Positions 38,738 to 49,427 of a DNA stretch of 64,000 nt are shown here, in pieces. Made by a program: the position numbers and the translations under genes. Numbering within the stretch: position 1 is the stretch's first letter; every line of letters begins with the position of its first letter. Source of the DNA: Thermoplasmatota archaeon (lineage in GTDB: Archaea; Thermoplasmatota; Thermoplasmata; UBA10834); assembly GCA_040751795.1 (NCBI GenBank), contig JBFMHR010000001.1:320001-384000 (forward strand), written 5' to 3'. The notes below the pieces were generated by a model. That model was given only the letters and a program-made list of their open reading frames with translations, searched no databases and was not told the origin of the DNA.

Positions 38738-40888
38738 TCAGCCCGACCTGGGGAGGAGCATGTTGAAGACGCACCCCTTGGACGGGTCCCTGGGCACTAT
38801 GTCCGAGACCCACATCTTCCCGGAGTAGCGGTCCACTATGCTCTTGGCGGCGGCGAGGCCTATCCCGAAGCCGCCCGTGAGCTCCGAGCGCGAGCGCTTG
38901 GTCATCCTGAGCACCTCCCGCTTGAGGGCGTCCGGGACGGACCTGCCCGGGTCCTCCACCCTGACGAGCCACATGTCCCTCCGGCCCTCCTTCTGCTCCT
39001 CCGCAGAGACGGACATCCTGGTCTCCGGCCTCTTGGACGACCTCGACGCCGTCACGAAGAGGTTGACGAAGGCGTCCTTGAGCAGGGGGTCCGCGGTGAC
39101 GAGGACCGGGCCCTGGGGGAGCGTCACGGTCACCTCTATCGGCCGGCCGGGGCTCCTGGCCCGCGCCTCGGCCACCGCCCCGTCCAGCACCTGGCGGAGG
39201 TCCGTCCTGGCGAGCTGGGGCAGGGCGTTCTCCCTCAGCCTGGCGAGGGTGCGGACCGTGTCGACCAGGTAGACTATGTTGTCCACCTGGGAGTAGGCCT
39301 TCTCGACGGCCTGGGCGACCTCCGGGTCGAGGGTCTTCATCGCCCTGAGGGACTCGATGTAGGCCATCACCGGGGTGGTGTAGTTCGCTATGTCGTGGGT
39401 GAGGAGGTCCATGTGCAGCTGCACCTGGTCCCTGGTGCTCGACACCTCGCCCAGCAGCCGGGCGTTCTCGACGGCCACGGCCGCGTGGTTTGCGAACATC
39501 GTGGCGACCTCCAGGTCCTCCTTCGTGAACACGTCCGGGGGGTACTTGAGGAGCTCCACGACCCCCAGCACCTCCTTCTTGCCCAGAATGGGCACCGCGA
39601 GCATCCGCGAGTGCGTCGCCGGCGTGCCGGGGATGTAGGAGCCCCGCCCGTCCTCCTCGGTGTCGAGGATTATCTCGGCCCTCTTCGTCCTGGCGACGTG
39701 GCCGACGTACCCCTCCTCCGCGGGGAAGTCCCTGTCCCCCATGACCTCGGAGGCGTAGGGGCCCGTGGCGTAGACCGGGTTCCCCACCTTCCTCGGCCAG
39801 TCGAACATGTAGAAGGCGAGCTCGTTGCACGGGATGAGCTCGGCCATCTTCTCCGACACGATCCTGTAGATCTCGGAGCTCTCGATCTCCTTCTGGAGGT
39901 CCGCGGCCGTCTCTATGAGGGCGGTCTGCGCCCTCGACCTTATGCTGAGCTTCTCGAAGAGCTCGACGTTCTCCATGATCCTGACTATGTCCGCCCCGAA
40001 GTCCTCCGCGATGCTGACCTCGTCAGGGGTGAAGGGCGTCGGGCCGGAGGTGTCGCCTATGAACATGACCCCCAGGCGGGCGTCGCCCCTCAGGAGCGGC
40101 ACGACCATGCAGTGGTCGAAGGACATCTGGCCCAGGATCTTCCTCTTCTGCCCGGCCGACCACGCGGGCGAGATGCACGTCCTCGGGGAGAGGTGCTCGA
40201 GCGCCTCCGCGGCCAGCGGGAACGAGTTCAGGAACATCCTGGAGTCCCTCGATATGGCCACCCCCTTCGCGGAGCAGCCTATGCACATGAGCTCCCCGGT
40301 GTCGGGGAGGTACCTGAAGACGGAGACGAAGTCGGCGTCGAAGTAGTCCATGGCGTTCCTGCAGAACATGGCGAAGGACTGCTCGAGCTCCGACCTGTCC
40401 CCGGGGCTGCACGAGAGGCACTTGAGCAGGATCGCCTGCATCTGGAGGTGCTCCTCCATGAGGAGGGCGATCTCCTCTATGCCCGCGTCCACGGCGAATG
40501 ACGCCACCCTCCTGGCGCCGGTGGTGTTGGCGTCCGGGACCCTCTCCTGGACGAAGTCCACGAGTATCCGCCTCAGGATGAGCTGGTTGGCGATGACCCT
40601 GCTGAGGTCCATGGTCCTGAGGTGCTCGGACCTGATGACGCTCCGGAGGACCTCCCTGTTCTTCCTCGACGATGGGTCCTCCACGGAGTCCATGAGCGCG
40701 AGCAGGTAGGTCCTGAGCCTCTCCGCCCTCACCTGCGGGGCGGCGACCGACTCCGACACGCGCGCGAACGGGACCCTGCCGACCTCGGCGGCCCACCGCT
40801 CGACGATGGCCGGCGCCTCGTCCCTGATGAGCCTGATGACCTTCGAGTCCGCGGGCCCGTTGACCACGGGCCCACGGGATGGATGCAC
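38738..40888 (-). CDS. double-GAF sensor histidine kinase-like protein
   Basis: Two GAF domains (VVPLL..LGVM; LAVPIL..LGVVEL), H-box LLTHDIAN, G2 GFGIGL; start uncertain. Confidence 0.85.
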   Translation of the reverse strand: MHPSRGPVVNGPADSKVIRLIRDEAPAIVERWAAEVGRVPFARVSESVAAPQVRAERLRTYLLALMDSVEDPSSRKNREVLRSVIRSEHLRTMDLSRVIANQLILRRILVDFVQERVPDANTTGARRVASFAVDAGIEEIALLMEEHLQMQAILLKCLSCSPGDRSELEQSFAMFCRNAMDYFDADFVSVFRYLPDTGELMCIGCSAKGVAISRDSRMFLNSFPLAAEALEHLSPRTCISPAWSAGQKRKILGQMSFDHCMVVPLLRGDARLGVMFIGDTSGPTPFTPDEVSIAEDFGADIVRIMENVELFEKLSIRSRAQTALIETAADLQKEIESSEIYRIVSEKMAELIPCNELAFYMFDWPRKVGNPVYATGPYASEVMGDRDFPAEEGYVGHVARTKRAEIILDTEEDGRGSYIPGTPATHSRMLAVPILGKKEVLGVVELLKYPPDVFTKEDLEVATMFANHAAVAVENARLLGEVSSTRDQVQLHMDLLTHDIANYTTPVMAYIESLRAMKTLDPEVAQAVEKAYSQVDNIVYLVDTVRTLARLRENALPQLARTDLRQVLDGAVAEARARSPGRPIEVTVTLPQGPVLVTADPLLKDAFVNLFVTASRSSKRPETRMSVSAEEQKEGRRDMWLVRVEDPGRSVPDALKREVLRMTKRSRSELTGGFGIGLAAAKSIVDRYSGKMWVSDIVPRDPSKGCVFNMLLPRSG

Positions 40889-41090
40889 TGCCGTGGAAGT
40901 ACCCTCCAGCCTGAGCGGCTACGACCTCCTCAATATGCCCTTGCGGGTTCAAAAACGCTTTGCCCTCGGAACGGGCCTCCCCCGGGCCCCCCGCGCGGCG
41001 CGGCCAGCACCCCCGGACAATGGGAGGTTTTAGGTCGAATAGCCTTATATTTCGGCACCCGATAGCGACGTCCCGGAGTTGTGCCTACCA

Positions 41091-42113
41091 ATGACAACCC
41101 AACACGCTTCGGTCAAGACCCTGCTCCTCACGGGGAAGCAGGTCAAGAAGCTCCTTGATATGAAGGACGTGCTCGGCGCGGTCGAGGACGCCTTCAAGCA
41201 CAAGGGGCTAGGCAAGGTGCAGATGCCCCCAAAGGTGTACCTCTTCTACGAGAAGTTCGACGGGGACCTGCGGACGATGCCCTCGTACGTCGAGGACATG
41301 GACGTCTCGGCGGTGAAGATCGTCAACGTGCACCCGCAGAACGCGAAGAACTACGGCATGAGGACCGTCATGGCCCTCCTGGTGCTCATCAACCCGCACA
41401 CGGGGGCGCCCCTGGCGGTCATGGACGCGACCCACGTCACGGACATGAGGACCGGAGGGGCGAGCGCGATCGCCTCCAAGTACCTGGCGAGGCCGAACCC
41501 GAAGGTCGTCGGCATCATAGGCGCGGGGAACCAGGCGAGGACGCAGATGCTCGCGCTCCTGACCCAGTTCGGGCACTTCGACGAGGTCAGGGTGTTCGAC
41601 ATGTACCCTGAGAAGACGAAGGCGCTCGTGAGGGAGTTCAGGAGGCACTACAAGGACAGGGTCGGCAAGTTCGCGGTCGCGAAGGAGGCCAAGGCCGCCG
41701 TCGTGGACTCGGACATAGTGGTCACGTGCACATCCGCGAGGTCGCCCATAGTGATGGACGAGTGGGTGAAGGACGGGACCCACTTCTGCTGCATAGGCGC
41801 CGACGCGCCGGGGAAGCAGGAGATGGACCCCAGGATACTCAAGAGGGGCCGCCTCGTCATAGACGACTGGGAGCAGGCGTCGCACTCCGGCGAGATCAAC
41901 GTCCCGCTGGCGAAGGGCGAGCTCGTGCGCGAGGACGTCAACGCCGAGATAGGCGAGGTCGTCGCGGGGCTCAAGCCGGGCAGGGAGAACGACGAGCAGG
42001 TCACCATATTCTGCTCGACCGGGCTCGCGGTCCAGGACTGCCTCACGGCCAAGATCGTCTACGACCACGCCGTCAACCAGAAGGTCGGCAGGTCGATGCA
42101 GATCGTCCTCTGA
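41091..42113 (+). CDS. alanine dehydrogenase, ornithine cyclodeaminase/mu-crystallin family
   Basis: QMPPKVYL, GDLRTMP, KIVNVHP, RTGGA, GADAPGKQE, STGLAVQD. Confidence 0.88.
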   Translation: MTTQHASVKTLLLTGKQVKKLLDMKDVLGAVEDAFKHKGLGKVQMPPKVYLFYEKFDGDLRTMPSYVEDMDVSAVKIVNVHPQNAKNYGMRTVMALLVLINPHTGAPLAVMDATHVTDMRTGGASAIASKYLARPNPKVVGIIGAGNQARTQMLALLTQFGHFDEVRVFDMYPEKTKALVREFRRHYKDRVGKFAVAKEAKAAVVDSDIVVTCTSARSPIVMDEWVKDGTHFCCIGADAPGKQEMDPRILKRGRLVIDDWEQASHSGEINVPLAKGELVREDVNAEIGEVVAGLKPGRENDEQVTIFCSTGLAVQDCLTAKIVYDHAVNQKVGRSMQIVL

Positions 42114-42309
42114 GGCGCCCGAGAGGGCCGAGCCCTCCCCAAACCCCCAACCCCTTCCCCATCTTCTCCTCCCGCGCCCAGGTCGGCACCGCCCTGCCAA
42201 CGGTTAAGTGCACGCCACGCCATACGAGGCGGGGGGCATGCGAGCGCGCACGGGGAGTTATCGAGAGGGCACTCATGGCCCCCTGGATGACATCGAAGGG
42301 GGAATAGGA

Positions 42310-43458
42310 TTGGCACGGAGATCGATCGGACTAGTCGCAGCCCTGCTGGTGGCGATGCCGTCGCTGCTGCTGGCTGCGCCAGCTGGTGCGGAGATCGTGC
42401 CGGACATGTGGACCGTCATGGTGTACATGGACGGCGACAACAACCTCGAGGCCGCGACTGTGACGGACCTCGGGGAGATGATGGTGGCTGGGTCCACGGC
42501 GGACGTCAACATCGTGGTCCTCGTCGACACGCTCGACGGGCCCGCGGAGCTCGTCTACGTGAACCAGGGGAGCACGACCACTGTCGCGGCCTGGGGCGAG
42601 GTCAACATGGGTGACCCCGCGACGCTGCAGGCGTTCATCGCCCAGTCGGCCGCGCTGTACCCGGCGGAGAACTACGTGCTCGACTTCTGGGACCACGGCG
42701 GGGGCATCATGGGCATATGCTGGGACGACACGTCCGGCTCGGACAAGCTGACCATGACCGAGGTCAGGTCCGCGGTCGTCGGCGCGGGGGTCGTGATGGA
42801 CGTCGTGATGTTCGACGCGTGCGACATGGCCCAGGCGGAGGTGGCCCACCTGTTCCAGGGCTACGCGGACTACGCCGTCTTCAGCCAGGAGACGATGTGG
42901 GGGCAGGGGTTCCCGTACGACGCCATACTCACGAGGCTCGTCGCGGAGCCGACCATGACGGACAGGGCCTACGCGCTGATCGTCGGCGAGGAGTTCACAG
43001 TGTTCTACGACGCACTGGGCTGGAACCTGTGCACCATCAGCGTCTACGACATGTCGTACCTGACGGCGGTGTCGGGGTCCGTGGGCACGCTCGCGAGCGG
43101 GATGAGGGCGACGATGAGCACGGCCTACAAGACCTACAAGGCCTGCAGGCTGAGCGCGGAGGAGGCCGCCGGGGCGGTCGACCTGAAGGGCTTCGCGCAG
43201 CTCGTCGCGGCGAACTCGAAGGTGAGCACGTCCGTGAGGAGCGCCGCGGCCGCGGTGGTGACCGCCGTCGCCGGGGCCATCATCTACGAGTGGCACTCGG
43301 ACGACTGCGACGGGATGAACGGGCTCGGGATATGGTTCCCGGTGAGCTCCGTGTCCTACTACTGGAGCCCGACCGTGGAGACCATGTACAGGGCGATGCC
43401 GTTCGACGCGGCGACGCACTGGGCGGACCTCCTCGACTCCTACTACGCGAAGGCGTGA
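42310..43458 (+). CDS. secreted clostripain-family (C11) cysteine peptidase
   Basis: Signal peptide; WTVMVYMDGDNNLE, WDHGGG (His), FDAC (Cys). Confidence 0.9.
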   Translation: MARRSIGLVAALLVAMPSLLLAAPAGAEIVPDMWTVMVYMDGDNNLEAATVTDLGEMMVAGSTADVNIVVLVDTLDGPAELVYVNQGSTTTVAAWGEVNMGDPATLQAFIAQSAALYPAENYVLDFWDHGGGIMGICWDDTSGSDKLTMTEVRSAVVGAGVVMDVVMFDACDMAQAEVAHLFQGYADYAVFSQETMWGQGFPYDAILTRLVAEPTMTDRAYALIVGEEFTVFYDALGWNLCTISVYDMSYLTAVSGSVGTLASGMRATMSTAYKTYKACRLSAEEAAGAVDLKGFAQLVAANSKVSTSVRSAAAAVVTAVAGAIIYEWHSDDCDGMNGLGIWFPVSSVSYYWSPTVETMYRAMPFDAATHWADLLDSYYAKA

Positions 43459-43670
43459 GGGGGAGCCGGAGGAGCCCGTGAAACGCCAAACCCGGGGAGG
43501 CACGACGCCTCCCCGGAGTTGTTTCTTCCCCCCGGCCGCGAGCGCGGAAGACGGGGGGTCAGTGGCGCTGTGCCTCGGCAACGGTTAATACCCTGTTATA
43601 TGATACTGACCGAGCCCTGCGGGCGCCCCGGAGGGGCCTCTGCCGGGCGAGCGTATAGGGGGGCTTCTGA

Positions 43671-44819
43671 CTGAGGAGAACGTACATGGGCCTTGCGGCC
43701 CTGCTGATGATACTGCCCGCGCTGGCGCTGTCCGCGCCGGCGAAGGCGGTCGACGTGCCGAACGAATGGACCGTGATGGTATACATGGACGGGGACAACA
43801 ACGTCGAGTCCTACGCCCTGGCCGACCTGGCCGAGCTCGAGTTCGTGGGGTCCAGCACCGACGTCGACTTCGTCGTGCTGCTAGACACCTACGGCGAGGG
43901 GGCGAACCTCCTCCACGTCGAGTACCCGGCCTCGACCGTCGTCGAGCCCTGGGGCGAGCCCGACATGGGCGACCCTGCCACGCTCACGCGCTTCATTGAC
44001 ACGGCCGAGGCAGCCTACCCGGCCGAGAGGTACGCGCTCGTGATGTGGGACCACGGCGGCGGCATACGCGGACTCTGCTGGGACGACGACAACGGCGGCG
44101 ACTACCTGACCATGGCCGAGTACAGGCAGGGGCTTGTCGGCGGGGGCGTGTCCTTCGACCTGATCGTGCTCAACGCCTGCGTCATGGCCACGGCCGAGAT
44201 AGCCCACCAGATGGTGGACTACGCGGACTACGTGGTCTTCAGCCAGGAGAACATGTACGCGGTCGGGTTCCCGTACGACGACGTCGCTGGGAGCCTCGTC
44301 CAGACGCCCACGATGGACGCGAGGGACTTCGCCCAGATGATGGCCGACCACTACGTCGTGCAGTTCCAGGCCCTCGGGTGGGACGGCGTCACCATAAGCA
44401 TCTACGACATGGCCCGGGTGGACGCGGTGGCCTCCGCGGTCAACGCCTTCGGCAGCGCCCAGAGGGCCACGATGGCGCAGTACTACATGGAGTACAAGAC
44501 GCTGAGGAAGCTGACGCCCGCGCCCAACAACGCGGCGGACCTCATCGGCTACGCGACCAAGGTCAGGGACAGCGCCGTCATCACCGACCCGGCGGTCAAG
44601 GCCTCCGCGCAGGCCGTGATCGACGCCGCCTCCGCGGCCATCGTGTTCGAGTGGGGCTCGGAGGACGTCGCGGACGAGACCGGCCTCGGGATCTGGTTCC
44701 CGACGAAGTCGGTCAAGTACTACTGGGGCGACTCGTACGAGGCCCTGTACAGGGGCCTCGTCTTCGACGGGGCCGCCCACTGGGCGGACTTCCTGGACAC
44801 CTACTACAACAAGGGGTGA
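43671..44819 (+). CDS. secreted clostripain-family (C11) cysteine peptidase, tandem paralogue
   Basis: WTVMVYMDGDNNVE, WDHGGG, LNAC; start CTG 43671 or ATG 43686. Confidence 0.9.
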   Translation: MRRTYMGLAALLMILPALALSAPAKAVDVPNEWTVMVYMDGDNNVESYALADLAELEFVGSSTDVDFVVLLDTYGEGANLLHVEYPASTVVEPWGEPDMGDPATLTRFIDTAEAAYPAERYALVMWDHGGGIRGLCWDDDNGGDYLTMAEYRQGLVGGGVSFDLIVLNACVMATAEIAHQMVDYADYVVFSQENMYAVGFPYDDVAGSLVQTPTMDARDFAQMMADHYVVQFQALGWDGVTISIYDMARVDAVASAVNAFGSAQRATMAQYYMEYKTLRKLTPAPNNAADLIGYATKVRDSAVITDPAVKASAQAVIDAASAAIVFEWGSEDVADETGLGIWFPTKSVKYYWGDSYEALYRGLVFDGAAHWADFLDTYYNKG

Positions 44820-44879
44820 ACGGGCCCTCCGGCCGCAAACACCTTCCACCAAACCCCAAGTCCCTTTTCAACGCATGGC

Positions 44880-46375
<1,496 letters not shown>

Positions 46376-46474
46376 CCGGGCCTGTGCGGGGAGGGGGCGC
46401 ACCCGCGCCTGTTCGGGCGAGGCATGATTACCCCGGTCATGCGATTTCCCCCCCAGGCATAGGAGGGGTTCGTT

Positions 46475-47245
46475 CTGGCTGACACAAAAGATGTGAGGTT
46501 CAAGAAGCTGAAGGATTTCAACATGGTGATGGGCTTTCTGCACCTGTTCCAGGGCGCGCTGATGCTGGTGCTGTGGCCGCCCTACGACGCCTCGGTGTAC
46601 ACCCGCTTCTTCGGGGTGGAGGACGGGGCCCCCGTGGTCGTCGAGGACCTGCTTGTGAAGATCCCGTTCGCGCCGATGGTGGCGTCGTTCCTGTTCGTCT
46701 CCGCCATAGCTCACTTCTCGCTGTCGACCTTCGCCAACAGGTGGTACGTCGAGAACCTGAGCAAGGGGATGAACCCGGCCAGGTGGCTCGAGTACTCGAT
46801 AAGCTCGTCGATCATGATCGTGCTGATCGCGTTCCTCGTCGGCATAGACGAGCTGGCGAGCCTGCTGCTGATCTTCACCCTGAACGCCACCATGAACCTG
46901 TTCGGCTGGATGATGGAGCTGCACAACCAGACCACGAAGAGGACCGACTGGACCGCCTACATATTCGGGTGCATCGCGGGCTTCGTCCCGTGGCTCGTCC
47001 TGGGCATCTACTTCTTCGGGGCGATACTGCAGAGCACCGACTCGGTGCCGACCTTCGTGTACGCGATATTCTTCATCCTGGCGGCGTTCTTCAACGTGTT
47101 CGCCATCAACATGGTGCTGCAGTACCGCGCCAAGGGGAGGTGGGCCGACTACCTCTACGGCGAGAGGGTGTACATCATCCTCAGCCTGACGGCGAAGTCC
47201 GCCCTCGCGTGGCTGGTCTTCGGCGGGACATACAGGTTCACGTGA
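46475..47245 (+). CDS. heR: heliorhodopsin
   Basis: FN..MG.LHL.Q, AIAHF, NPARWLEYSISSSIM, GERVYIILSLTAKSALAW (Schiff-base Lys); CTG start proposed (GTG at 46493). Confidence 0.95.
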   Translation: MADTKDVRFKKLKDFNMVMGFLHLFQGALMLVLWPPYDASVYTRFFGVEDGAPVVVEDLLVKIPFAPMVASFLFVSAIAHFSLSTFANRWYVENLSKGMNPARWLEYSISSSIMIVLIAFLVGIDELASLLLIFTLNATMNLFGWMMELHNQTTKRTDWTAYIFGCIAGFVPWLVLGIYFFGAILQSTDSVPTFVYAIFFILAAFFNVFAINMVLQYRAKGRWADYLYGERVYIILSLTAKSALAWLVFGGTYRFT

Positions 47246-47327
47246 CCGGCCCGGGCGCCCAAACCCATTCACCAAACCCCTCATTCTCATCACAAGTGTT
47301 TTGGACGCCCACGCCGCTGCAGGTGCG

Positions 47328-48086
47328 ATGGCCTGGACGCAGAAGGAGATGGACCGGCAGCTGTCGAGGCAGTCCATGTGGCTCAGGGAGTCCTGGATGT
47401 GGCTCCTGGAGCAGAGGGTACTCAAGGGTTGGAGGGGCCACCACAGGCCGACGGCCCTGGACGTGGGCTGCGGGCCCGGACACGTGATGGAGGCGCTGTG
47501 GGAGCTCCTGGACGTCCACGGCCTGGACATCGACCCCGCCGCCGTCGAGGAGGCCAAGGGGAGGGGCCTGGACGCGAGGGAGGGGGACGCGCACTCGTTG
47601 CCGTATGCGGACGGCTCATTCGACATCGTGTACTGCTCGTTCCTGCTACTCTGGGTGAAGGGACCGGCCAAGGCCCTGTCCGAGATGGCCCGCGTCTCCA
47701 GGGACTGGGTCGTGTGCCTTGCCGAGCCGGACCTCGGGGCCAGGATCGACTACCCCGAGGAGCTCGCGCCCGTCGCCAGGATGGTCGCGGACGGTGTCAG
47801 GGCGGAGGGCGGGGACCCCCTCATGGGGCGGAAGCTGAGGTCGGTGTTCCGGTCGGCTGGCCTGGACGCCGACATAGGGGTGCACCCCGGAGTCTGGGGG
47901 GTCGAGAAGCTGAGGGAGGAGTCCGAGGCGGAGTGGAGGTACCTTGAGCTCACGGCCGGCGACGCGGGGAGTTCCGAGGCGCTCGCCCGGCTGAGGCCCG
48001 TGTGGGACCGCGCGGTCCGCGACGGGACCCTATTCCAGCACAGCCCTGTGTTCTACGCGTTCGCAAGGAAGCCGTCACATGGATGA
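47328..48086 (+). CDS. class I SAM-dependent methyltransferase
   Basis: LDVGCGPG, GLDID, GDAHSLPYADGSFD. Confidence 0.9.
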   Translation: MAWTQKEMDRQLSRQSMWLRESWMWLLEQRVLKGWRGHHRPTALDVGCGPGHVMEALWELLDVHGLDIDPAAVEEAKGRGLDAREGDAHSLPYADGSFDIVYCSFLLLWVKGPAKALSEMARVSRDWVVCLAEPDLGARIDYPEELAPVARMVADGVRAEGGDPLMGRKLRSVFRSAGLDADIGVHPGVWGVEKLREESEAEWRYLELTAGDAGSSEALARLRPVWDRAVRDGTLFQHSPVFYAFARKPSHG

Positions 48087-49427
48087 GTGCCTGTCGAGGC
48101 ACACGTAGTCCCCGTGCTGGGCCGACAGCGGGCACCCGCCCCCGCAGAGCTGCAGCATCTCGCACTTCCCGCACCTCTCGTCGACGTACTCCCTCCTCCT
48201 GATCCGCTCGCAGAGGGGGTGGGACCAGATCTTTTTCCAGTCGTCCCTCAGGACGTTGCCCAGGGGCTCGTAGTAGCTCTGGCACGGGATGACCGTCCCG
48301 TCAGGCTCGACGGCCATGTTGATGGAGCACGCGGTGCACTGCTTGATGCCCAGGCCCATGTTGACGGGGTTGAGCTCGCAGTAGGGCGTCGGCGAGTACC
48401 AGATGAGCCTCGTCCCTGTCTCGGATGCGACGTCCTTCAGGTCCTCGAGGAGGTCGGCCAGCTCCTGGAAGGTGACGCCCTCCGCCTCCGTCCCCTTGCC
48501 CGAGCGGATGACGCCGTTGAACGCGATGTTCTTCACGCCCAGCCCTGCGACGAACCTCATCGTATCGACGATCTGCGCGTGGTTGGACCTCATGATCGTC
48601 GTGTTGGTGCTGACGTACATGTCCTCGGCTACCGCGGCCTTCAGACCTTCCATGGTCTCCTTCCACGCCCCCTGCGCCCCGGCGAGCCGGTCGTGCGTGG
48701 CGGGGTCGTGCGAGAGCACGGTGACCTGGACGTGGTCCAGGCCCTTGGAAACGAGGGAACGGAGGTAGCCCGGCCTGCCCAGGGTCCTGCCGTTGGTGAC
48801 GAGGCCCGTGACCTGCCCGTGGTGCTCCGAGCGCTCCACGAGCTCCTCGAGGCCTTCGTACAGGGTCGGCTCCCCGCCCGTGAACACGATGTGCGGCACC
48901 CCGACATCCCAGAGCCTGTCTATGATCGACTTCCACTCGGCGACGGAGAGCTCGGCCTTCTCCTTCGTCGCGTTGTAGCAGTGGCCGCACTCGTTCTGGC
49001 ACCTGTATGTCAGTGCGAGGTCCATCCTGTAGGGGGAGGGCACGTTGTCCGCGCCCACCGTCCGGGAGTCGGGGCCCATGACGTCCATGACCGTCTCCTC
49101 GCCGTGGACGAACCTCACGAGCCTCTCCCTCGTGGCTGCGAAGTCCTCCCTGGCCTCCGCCTTCTTCAGGTGCTTGTACCTGCGCCTCATGTACCTGTAG
49201 GCCGCGCCGGCGTCCTTGCCCTCCAGGATGCAGCGCACGTAGTCGAGGGCGGTGCCGTTCATGAACACGAGCTTCGACGCGTCGACCATCAGGACGCCCC
49301 TGCTCTCGGAGTCGACCCTGATGTGGAACCTGTGGTGCGCAAGGTCCCCGGACCCGTCGAACCTGTACGTCCCGGCCTGCAGCCCCAGATCCTCAGGGGA
49401 CTGCGCCAGGAGCCTGATCCGCCTCAT
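48075..49427 (-). CDS. radical SAM/SPASM protein with N-terminal PqqD/RRE-like domain
   Basis: CQNECGHC (CxxxCxxC), FTGGEP, VTNG; SPASM CTAC..EPDGTVIPC..GNV..IW..CGKC.....CGGGCP; ATGA overlap with upstream gene. Confidence 0.92.
   Translation of the reverse strand: MRRIRLLAQSPEDLGLQAGTYRFDGSGDLAHHRFHIRVDSESRGVLMVDASKLVFMNGTALDYVRCILEGKDAGAAYRYMRRRYKHLKKAEAREDFAATRERLVRFVHGEETVMDVMGPDSRTVGADNVPSPYRMDLALTYRCQNECGHCYNATKEKAELSVAEWKSIIDRLWDVGVPHIVFTGGEPTLYEGLEELVERSEHHGQVTGLVTNGRTLGRPGYLRSLVSKGLDHVQVTVLSHDPATHDRLAGAQGAWKETMEGLKAAVAEDMYVSTNTTIMRSNHAQIVDTMRFVAGLGVKNIAFNGVIRSGKGTEAEGVTFQELADLLEDLKDVASETGTRLIWYSPTPYCELNPVNMGLGIKQCTACSINMAVEPDGTVIPCQSYYEPLGNVLRDDWKKIWSHPLCERIRRREYVDERCGKCEMLQLCGGGCPLSAQHGDYVCLDRHSSM

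Noticed and set aside
47328-48086. Methyltransferase as tailoring enzyme of the rSAM system
   Set aside because: Convergent orientation; only adjacency supports a link
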